A DNA stretch of 32,000 nt from Caldivirga maquilingensis IC-167 (GTDB lineage: Archaea; Thermoproteota; Thermoprotei; Thermoproteales; Thermocladiaceae). The stretch lies in the NCBI RefSeq assembly GCF_000018305.1, contig NC_009954.1, positions 750,001 through 782,000 on the forward strand. The letters run 5' to 3'. A program made the position numbers and the translations under genes. Below, one piece after another: positions 25,652 to 32,000 of this stretch. A model generated the notes under the pieces. That model was not told the DNA's origin, searched no databases, and worked only from the letters and a program-made list of their open reading frames with translations. Numbering within the stretch: the first letter of the stretch is position 1; every line of letters starts with the position of its first letter.

Positions 25652-26269
25652 TTACTTAGTGTTGGTTGGGGTATTATGAACTAGGTTCCTTATCCTAGAC
25701 ACAATACTATTATTCCTAGCCTCCCCTAACGCTGCATCAAACCTATTACCCAATTCCCTTATTGTTTCACCAAGTTCCCAGGGGAATATTATCCAGGCGG
25801 TGGCTTCATCAGCATAGTAATCGGGCTTAAACCTAGTCCACGGTTTAATCATAAGGGTCGCGGTCTTAATCTCAGCGGCACCCTGCTCCTTCAAGTAATT
25901 GTAGGCTGTTGATAGTGTAGTACCCGTGTCTGATACATCATCAACAAGCAGCACCCTTAAGCCCTTAACGCTAACCGGCAGTGGTTGAGCTATCTTAGCC
26001 TCTTCTCCTCGATTATTAATACCCTTATATAGTTTAACCTCTATGGAGGTCATGTTGCCTATTCCAAGTATATCCTCAATTATTTTAGCTATAACAACAC
26101 CACCCCTAGCTACCCCCACTACTATGTTAGGTCTATAGTTATCCCTCACTATTGATTCAGACACCTTAATGGTTAAATCCATCACGTCATCCCACGACAA
26201 ATACTTGAATTCTACCATTAAATTCATTTTACTTAACCCCTTATAAACCTTACTCTCCCAATACCCCAA
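25652..26269 (-). CDS. phosphoribosyltransferase (purine PRTase-like)
   Basis: The PRPP-binding loop VLLVDDVSDTGTTL is present, preceded by VGVARGGVVIAKII. The true start may be the internal MNLMVEF... Confidence 0.8.
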   Translation of the reverse strand: MGYWESKVYKGLSKMNLMVEFKYLSWDDVMDLTIKVSESIVRDNYRPNIVVGVARGGVVIAKIIEDILGIGNMTSIEVKLYKGINNRGEEAKIAQPLPVSVKGLRVLLVDDVSDTGTTLSTAYNYLKEQGAAEIKTATLMIKPWTRFKPDYYADEATAWIIFPWELGETIRELGNRFDAALGEARNNSIVSRIRNLVHNTPTNTK

Positions 26270-26344
26270 TGCATATTAAGTTAAGCTTAAGCAAGGGTAC
26301 TATGGTGTGGATTAGCTTATAGGGGAGTTAGCCTTAATTCACTT

Positions 26345-26878
26345 ATGAGAATACTGATTCACGCACTTAATTCAAGGGGATACGAACCTAAGGATAGGGT
26401 TAAGTTAATGGGTCTCTTAAGGAGTTTAGGCTTAAGTATAATTAACGTTAGGGTGGCTTCAAACCACATTGAGGTTGATGCCAATGCTAATAATATAGAT
26501 GAATTACCCCCAGTGGTGGGTAGGGTTATTGGACCAATCCTAGGTGTAGTTAACCTAAGCACTGGTAATGAGGTTAGTAACCCATTCAAGTCCTTCGTGG
26601 ATTTATTCAACGAGGAGAGGTTTTGGGAGGCTCATGAGGTTCTTGAACCAACATGGAGGGTAAATAGGGATATTAATATTCAGGGGCTAATAGTTGCAGC
26701 CGCAGCCTTCGTTAAGATTCAGGAGAATTACATTGATTCCTTCCTTAAACTGGCTAAGAGGGCATTAGGCATGATAATGGTTAACCAAGTTGATTGCATT
26801 GATGCATTAAGTTTTAGGGAGGGGTTGAGGGCATCGTTAAGTACTCTTAAGCCCTTTAAGGCTAGGTGCATTACTTAA
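26345..26878 (+). CDS. DUF309-domain protein
   Basis: The C-terminal half reads FVDLFNEERFWEAHEVLEPTWR......IQGLIVAAAAFVKIQ, which is the DUF309 pattern. The N-terminal half is unassigned. Confidence 0.55.
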   Translation: MRILIHALNSRGYEPKDRVKLMGLLRSLGLSIINVRVASNHIEVDANANNIDELPPVVGRVIGPILGVVNLSTGNEVSNPFKSFVDLFNEERFWEAHEVLEPTWRVNRDINIQGLIVAAAAFVKIQENYIDSFLKLAKRALGMIMVNQVDCIDALSFREGLRASLSTLKPFKARCIT

Positions 26879-26909
26879 AGACTTAAATACACGGGTAAGA
26901 CCACTTAAC

Positions 26910-28202
26910 GTGGCCATTTACAGGAAGACGCATTGGACCAGTGAAATTAAACCTGAACTGGATGGTAAAGAGGTTACCTTATCTGGTTGGGTGTGGGAGA
27001 TTAGGGATGTGGGTAGGATAAAGTTCATAATGCTGAGGGATAGGGAAGGCATGGTTCAGGTTACGGTTAAGCGTTCATCAGTAAGCGATGAGACTTGGGA
27101 CACGGTCTCTAGGCTTTCCAAGGAGGATGTAGTAAGTGTTAGGGGTATTGTTAGGGCTAGTAAGGTGGCTAAGACCGGCGTGGAGGTTGAGCCTATTGAA
27201 GTTAGGTTACTTAATAAGGCTAATCCACTTCCAATAGATATTTGGGGTAATGTTGATGAAACTATGCTCGACTTAAGATTAAGGTATAGGACAGTTGACC
27301 TTAAGCGCAGGAGCAATGTAATACTCTTCAAGGCCTTAAGCGAGGTTGTTAAGGCAATGCGCACAACGCTTTACGGTTATGGTTTCATAGAGGTGTTTAC
27401 ACCAAAGATAATAGCCACAAGCACCGAGGGTGGTGCTGAATTATTCCCTGTACAGTACTTTGAACGCACAGCCTACTTGGCTCAAAGCCCCCAGTTGTAT
27501 AAGGAGGAGTTAACCGCCAGTTTAGAGAGGGTTTTTGAAATTGGACCAGCCTATAGGGCTGAGAAGCATGATACAACATACCACGTTAACGAATTCATAT
27601 CAGTTGACGCTGAGGCGGCATTCATGAATTACAGGGATGTTATGAGCGTTCTCGAGGATGTTATTGTGGAGTCCTATAGGGCTTCAGTGGACTTACTGAG
27701 TCAAATAGGCAGGGAGGTGAGGGTGCCGTCTAAGCCCTTTAAGGTTATTACATACGATGATGCGTTAAGCATGCTTGATAAGGAGGGGATTAAGGTTAAG
27801 TGGGGTGATGATGTGCCTAAGGAGGGGTTAGAGGCCTTAAGTAGGTTAATTGGGGAGCCGTTCTTCATAATACACTTCCCAACAATGCTTAGGGCCTTTT
27901 ACACAAAGCCTATTGAGGGTGATGAATCCAGGAGCGAGTCCTTCGACCTAGTCATAGATGGCATGGAGGTTACCTCAGGATCCACCAGGATACATGATAA
28001 GGATGAACTTGAGAAGGCCATGAGAGCCAGGGGCCTTAACCCAGGTAACTTCTCAACCCACCTGGAGATTTACAGCTGGGGTATGCCTCCACACGCTGGT
28101 TGGGGTCTTGGATTATACAGGCTAATGATGGTTATGGCTGGTGTAAGGAATATTAGGGAAGTGATATTATTCCCAAGGGACAGGTATAGGTTAGTGCCTT
28201 AA
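26910..28202 (+). CDS. aspS: aspartyl-tRNA synthetase (archaeal type)
   Basis: An OB-fold N-terminus is followed by GGAELFPVQYFERTAYLAQSPQLYKE and class II motifs (FEIGPAYRAEKHDTTYHVNEF; GWGLGLYRL). The 430-aa length fits archaeal AspRS. AsnRS is not fully excluded. The start is GTG. Confidence 0.8.
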   Translation: MAIYRKTHWTSEIKPELDGKEVTLSGWVWEIRDVGRIKFIMLRDREGMVQVTVKRSSVSDETWDTVSRLSKEDVVSVRGIVRASKVAKTGVEVEPIEVRLLNKANPLPIDIWGNVDETMLDLRLRYRTVDLKRRSNVILFKALSEVVKAMRTTLYGYGFIEVFTPKIIATSTEGGAELFPVQYFERTAYLAQSPQLYKEELTASLERVFEIGPAYRAEKHDTTYHVNEFISVDAEAAFMNYRDVMSVLEDVIVESYRASVDLLSQIGREVRVPSKPFKVITYDDALSMLDKEGIKVKWGDDVPKEGLEALSRLIGEPFFIIHFPTMLRAFYTKPIEGDESRSESFDLVIDGMEVTSGSTRIHDKDELEKAMRARGLNPGNFSTHLEIYSWGMPPHAGWGLGLYRLMMVMAGVRNIREVILFPRDRYRLVP

Positions 28203-28268
28203 TCCTAATCCTTTAAGGCATATTTTCAGTGGTTTAATCATTTAACCGAAAATAAGATCATGCATTCA

Positions 28269-29345
28269 CTAAACCTCAGGTAACGTAACCCTTACTTCAC
28301 TACCCTTTACTGCTGACTCATACACTGCATCTATTATTGAGTGTATTATTATGCTTTGGTAACCTGTCGTGGGTGGTTCCTTATTCTGGGTAATTGAATC
28401 TATGAAGGCTTTAACCATTTCAAGGGGCATATCAACATTGCTTATTATTGGCTTCATATCGTAGAGGAAATTACTGGTCCTACTGTGTAGGCTCATTTCA
28501 GTGACTGACTCATGACCCTTACCCTCTAATCCACCCTTATCACCAAGCACCCTGTACACACCCACCTCACCTACATGCGATACATTGGCTGCCCAACCAA
28601 CCTCAATAATCATTGATGCACCATTCTCAAACCTAACAAAACCCACCGCGTAATCCTCAAGCTCAAACTTACCTGGATCCCATGAACCCCAGTTAAACTT
28701 AACCTCCTCAGGATTCCTACCGAACTTAGTGTACGTGGCCCCACTTACTGTAACTGGTTTAGGGAATCCCAGTAGGAATAGTAGGTTATCCAGGATGTAG
28801 CAACCTATATCAAGTAAAGCCCCCCTACCGCCTGATAATTCCTTATCAATGAAAGTCGGTACACCTGGAATACCCCTCCTCCTAACTAGGTAACCGTAGG
28901 CTAAGTAGGGTTCACCAACCATACCCAGTTTCATTGCCTCAGCGCCAAACTTAAGGGCTTGAGAGAACCTGGACCAGTAACCAACCATGAGTATCTTACC
29001 CTTAGCCTTAGCTGTCCTAACAACATCAATAACCTCATTTAAATTAGCCCCAAGCGGCTTATCCACTAGAACATGAACACCCTTGCTTAAAACATCCTTA
29101 GCAACCCTAGCATGGAGGCCGGTGGGTGTTACTATACTGACTGCATCAAGGTTTTCCCTATCAATCATCTCAAGGTAATCCGTATAATACTTAACCTTAA
29201 ACTCATTACCAACAGCCTCAGCCCTCTTAGGGTTAACATCAGCAACAGCAACAACTTCAACATTAGGCAACTTAGTGTAAGGTATTAAATGCCTACCCCT
29301 ACCATGACCCCCAACACCGATGACCCCAACCCTAACCTTCTCCAT
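28269..29345 (-). CDS. Gfo/Idh/MocA family oxidoreductase
   Basis: N-terminal Rossmann motif VRVGVIGVGGHGR. Also VVAVADVNPKRAE and the EKPL-like VDKPL motif. Confidence 0.85.
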   Translation of the reverse strand: MEKVRVGVIGVGGHGRGRHLIPYTKLPNVEVVAVADVNPKRAEAVGNEFKVKYYTDYLEMIDRENLDAVSIVTPTGLHARVAKDVLSKGVHVLVDKPLGANLNEVIDVVRTAKAKGKILMVGYWSRFSQALKFGAEAMKLGMVGEPYLAYGYLVRRRGIPGVPTFIDKELSGGRGALLDIGCYILDNLLFLLGFPKPVTVSGATYTKFGRNPEEVKFNWGSWDPGKFELEDYAVGFVRFENGASMIIEVGWAANVSHVGEVGVYRVLGDKGGLEGKGHESVTEMSLHSRTSNFLYDMKPIISNVDMPLEMVKAFIDSITQNKEPPTTGYQSIIIHSIIDAVYESAVKGSEVRVTLPEV

Positions 29346-29497
29346 AAATTTAGGGGGATTAGTTTCCTTTTAAAGTTATTAATAATCCCGAATGATTTAG
29401 TTAACTTCTCTCAAAATACGGAACACTGTTAAACATAGAGTTAATGCTCATAAATTTTAAAATAATATTAATGAAGGGGCAAGCAGGGTTAGTTTGA

Positions 29498-30097
29498 TTA
29501 TTCTATGTATATTCCTGTTGTTTGTATTTTGTGTTTTATGCTTTCCCTCTCCTCCTCTGGGTATTGGTTTATGTAGTTTATTATTCTTGCCTTGTCTAAT
29601 TCTATTCCTGTCCTTGGGTCTATTATTTTCTCCGCTAGCCTCTCTAGGAATTCCTCAGCCTCATCAGTGGCCTCCCTAGCCTTGAGTACTATTAATGCCT
29701 CAATCCTAATACCCTTGAAGACGCTGCCATTAACACTGAAGCTTAATGAGTCATTAATTATTGCCTCAGGTATGTAGACGTCCAGTAGATTCTCCATTAA
29801 ATCAACCCTAACAACCTCACCATTAACAACAACCTCATAATACATTCCACCAAAGGCATTGAAGCCGTAATCCCAATCAAACTCCCTAGCAATACCCTCA
29901 AAGAACTCAGCATCAGTTAAAGTACTCTTATTAGTTAGGAATAAGTCAACATCATGAACAACCCAATCAACACCATAGGCAAGTGGAAGAATCAAACTAC
30001 CAACAACAACAAAACCAACACCCCTCCCACCCAACACACCACCAACCCTAAGCAAAGCCAATGAATAAACCCCAACACCCACAAAAACCCAAAACAA
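29498..30097 (-). CDS. Pol-beta-superfamily nucleotidyltransferase-like protein
   Basis: The block GVGFVVVGSLILPLAYGVDWVVHDVDLFL fits the hG[GS]-x(9-13)-DxD nucleotidyltransferase core. The C-terminal half is helical. There is no in-frame ATG near the 5' end, so the start is TTG 30097 or GTG 30082. TATA TTAATAAT lies 23-30 nt upstream. Confidence 0.6.
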   Translation of the reverse strand: MFWVFVGVGVYSLALLRVGGVLGGRGVGFVVVGSLILPLAYGVDWVVHDVDLFLTNKSTLTDAEFFEGIAREFDWDYGFNAFGGMYYEVVVNGEVVRVDLMENLLDVYIPEAIINDSLSFSVNGSVFKGIRIEALIVLKAREATDEAEEFLERLAEKIIDPRTGIELDKARIINYINQYPEEERESIKHKIQTTGIYIE

Positions 30098-30146
30098 AAA
30101 ACCTTAATCAACCTAACTGATTATTAACCACCTTCTAATCATTTTT

Positions 30147-30308
30147 CTTTCTAATCCCTTTTGGGATTTACGATTCCCTATGGAAAACTTCATGATGAGA
30201 ATCCAGGAGCACTTTCTAATCCCTTTTGGGATTTACTCCTCGGTGGCTGCTGCAGTCTACCTTATTGCGAATAAGAAGGAGCACTTTCTAATCCCTTTTG
30301 GGATTTAC
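30147..30308 (-). CRISPR. mini-CRISPR array: 3 identical 25-nt repeats and 2 spacers
   Basis: The plus-strand repeat CTTTCTAATCCCTTTTGGGATTTAC occurs at 30147-30171, 30212-30236 and 30284-30308. Spacers are 40 and 47 nt. On the minus strand the repeat reads GTAAATCCCAAAAGGGATTAGAAAG, with the GAAAG 3' end typical of crenarchaeal repeats and an internal 6-bp hairpin AATCCC/GGGATT. The AT-rich leader lies on the 30309+ side. Confidence 0.8.
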
Positions 30309-30593
30309 TGATTTATTGGCTTTTTTAGGGTTTTTAAGTTTTACTCTACTGCCTGTTTTGTTTATCATTAGCACACACTATTCCACCATTCTGTGCTCTC
30401 ACATCCCTGTGCTGATGATGCAATGAAGCCCCCTAATGGTTGTGCTAATTGAAAGAAATGAAGAATGACAATGAAACTGTGCCGATGACAATATATAGAA
30501 TATATATTTAACTCAATGAAAGAAGATAAGAATCATAAACAAGAATAAAATTCACATACATTTGCAGGGAAATTATAAAAGGAATTGGGGAGT
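30309..30593 (-). promoter_or_regulatory. putative CRISPR leader with promoter
   Basis: This is a 285-bp AT-rich non-coding stretch abutting the first repeat in minus orientation. TATA-like CTTAAAAA lies 23-30 nt upstream of repeat 3. It also contains repeated CTGTGCT motifs and an alternating AT tract. Confidence 0.55.
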
Positions 30594-31058
30594 TTAAGGG
30601 ATGGGGGATGATGTCATTTGTTCAGGTATTGTGCTGGCTTCAACTGTGGATTTCTCCACTAGCCTATACACATATACTGTGCTTGAAATGTTTCCGTAAA
30701 CGCTCATTAGGGAGTTGACTAATTTATTAGATAATTCTATTGCAAGTATGGGTGATGTATCCCTTACACATGACTTAAACCTACCACTCAGTACTACATT
30801 GCCTTCCTCACCCACTAGGAGTAGTCCATTGAATTCATCATTGTCTAGGCTTAATGAACCACCGTATACTTCACTTATATTACCTAAGGCAAGTCTAACA
30901 GACAAGGGGGCGTTAATCATGTTGACATTATCGGCGTTAGTAATACTCCACCTCAGTATACTTGACATTACTTTACCTAACTCATCTCCCTCGCTCCTTG
31001 GTTTAACTAGTATGAATACGTCGCATCCGTTCAGGAAAACCTCCAGTTCGAAATCCAT
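30594..31058 (-). CDS. hypothetical protein (154 aa), immediately upstream of and co-oriented with the CRISPR leader
   Basis: ATG start with a TATA box TTTATTT 23-29 nt upstream. Amino-acid composition is balanced. The opposite-strand ORF (30715-31086) is S/L/P-rich, as expected for an antisense artefact. I recognise no family; the alpha/beta pattern is vaguely Roadblock/LC7-like. Confidence 0.6.
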   Translation of the reverse strand: MDFELEVFLNGCDVFILVKPRSEGDELGKVMSSILRWSITNADNVNMINAPLSVRLALGNISEVYGGSLSLDNDEFNGLLLVGEEGNVVLSGRFKSCVRDTSPILAIELSNKLVNSLMSVYGNISSTVYVYRLVEKSTVEASTIPEQMTSSPIP

Positions 31059-31190
31059 AAGGAGATGGGTTATTCACTGGAAATAAACCTTACTCAGTTT
31101 TTCACAATAATCATTATCATTCAATCATAATGCTGTATTCATATTATGAATAATGATTAAGCTAATTTCCACTAATGGTGCATTACCCAG

Positions 31191-32000
31191 TTAGCCTGAT
31201 GACTTAAGCATTAACCTTATTTCTGCGAGTAAACCAATAACCTGCGTTAAGTCATCACTCCCCCTTAGTATTGCATGATGACGCATAGCAATACTGTATA
31301 TTATCCTCGGTTTCAGGTACTCGGGTGCATTAATCTTAGAGACTGTTGAAGTGACCTCCCTATGCAGTAGCCTAATTATGTAAATTGGGTCAACACCTCT
31401 ATCCCTTATCATTGATTTAAGACCCATTATAGCCTTTCCAAAGTCACCATTCAACGCCTCATATATTAAATCCCTAACCTCCTGAGGATTAATGCCGCCG
31501 AAGAGTTGATAAACGGCGTTTTCATCCACTTTTTTGTTTGTTGTGGTTGTTGTTTGTAGTGTGTTTATTGCTTTTCTCATGTCTCCTTGGCTCACCTCCC
31601 ATATTGCCTCTAACCCATCCTCAGTTACCTCTACTCCAGTTTCCTTGGCTATTTGCCTAAGCCTCTCTATTACTGCCTCCTTTGGTAGTGGGTTGAATCT
31701 GAATATTGCGCACCTGGATTGTATTGGTTCTATTATTCCGCTTATGTAGTTGGCTAGTAGTATGAATCTTGTTGTTGATGCGTACATCTCCATAATCCTC
31801 CTTAAGGCTTGCTGGGCATCACTAGTCATGTTATCAGCCTCATCAAGGATTACTAGTTTAAACGGTACTGGGCCGGTGGGTATTGTTCTAGCGAATTCCT
31901 TAACCTTCTCCCTAATAACATCAATACCCCTCTCATCACTGGCATTAAGCTCAAGAACACTACTACGCCATGAATCACCGTAAAGCTCCCTAGCCAAAGC
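31191..32000 (-). CDS. rfcS: replication factor C small subunit, C-terminal about 270 aa; the 5' end lies beyond the window
   Basis: The sequence reads ...LARELYGDSWRSSVLELNASDERGIDVIREKVKEFAR...KLVILDEADNMTSDAQQALRRIME...RFILLANYISGIIEPIQSRCAIFRF. These are the Walker B DEAD box, sensor-1 and SRC motifs of RFC-S. The frame is open to the window edge. Confidence 0.9.
   Translation of the reverse strand, partial: ALARELYGDSWRSSVLELNASDERGIDVIREKVKEFARTIPTGPVPFKLVILDEADNMTSDAQQALRRIMEMYASTTRFILLANYISGIIEPIQSRCAIFRFNPLPKEAVIERLRQIAKETGVEVTEDGLEAIWEVSQGDMRKAINTLQTTTTTNKKVDENAVYQLFGGINPQEVRDLIYEALNGDFGKAIMGLKSMIRDRGVDPIYIIRLLHREVTSTVSKINAPEYLKPRIIYSIAMRHHAILRGSDDLTQVIGLLAEIRLMLKSSG

Noticed and set aside
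29494-29777. Two 61-aa plus-strand ORFs (29494-29679 and 29592-29777)
   Set aside because: They lie antisense within the nucleotidyltransferase-like gene. They are low-complexity L/S/F-rich with no independent support.
30715-31086. 123-aa plus-strand ORF opposite the 154-aa gene
   Set aside because: Its S/L/P/T-rich low-complexity composition is typical of an antisense frame. It has no TATA box at the right distance, whereas the minus-strand gene has an ATG plus a TATA box at -23..-29.
31100-31165. Nested inverted repeats (AATCATTAT...ATAATGATT and TCATAAT...ATTATGA) between rfcS and the 154-aa gene as a mobile-element terminal repeat
   Set aside because: The arms are short, AT-only and easily produced by composition. 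No matching repeat lies at the other island border (29346-29497). The region is more likely a terminator/promoter region.

Overview
This is an archaeal chromosomal window, most consistent with a hyperthermophilic crenarchaeon of the Thermoproteales type (Caldivirga/Vulcanisaeta-like; this placement is an inference). Supporting signs are near-leaderless genes with an AAAGC-type BRE plus TATA box about 25 nt upstream, GC-rich RNA islands in AT-leaning DNA, and an intron-bearing tRNA. Typical archaeal genes are present too: CDP-archaeol synthase, Spt4, L18e, RFC small subunit and ABCE1. I call about 40 protein genes, mostly housekeeping: GTP-PEPCK, Taw3, CbiB, TatC, MoeA, homoserine dehydrogenase, CarS, RpiA, UbiX, Cdd and AspRS. 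There are three intact tRNAs, all with encoded CCA: Phe-GAA, Leu-UAA and an intron-containing Pro-GGG. Five observations deserve a second look. (1) Two stand-alone tRNA 5' pieces (8965->8910 and 13622->13562, minus strand) carry an acceptor strand and D-arm, a GC-rich tail, and their own tRNA-type promoter. One also has an oligo-T terminator. They are candidates for split/trans-spliced tRNA genes. (2) A small accessory island (about 29.35-31.19 kb) lies between an oxidoreductase gene and rfcS. It holds an orphan three-repeat mini-CRISPR with leader but no cas genes in view. An unknown 154-aa gene sits upstream of the leader, and a Pol-beta-type nucleotidyltransferase-like gene preceded by an extreme A+C tract sits downstream. 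(3) Three C/D box sRNA candidates lie in intergenic gaps. (4) Two decayed genes are present: a minimal nucleotidyltransferase remnant next to tRNA-Phe, and a 5'-truncated, frameshifted MFS transporter. (5) Two paralogous small winged-helix (HTH_45-like) regulators are each translationally coupled to an upstream membrane or surface protein gene. In addition, a three-finger C2H2 zinc-finger gene is coupled to carS. All calls rest on reading the sequence and translations by eye. No database search, folding or genome-wide comparison was possible.
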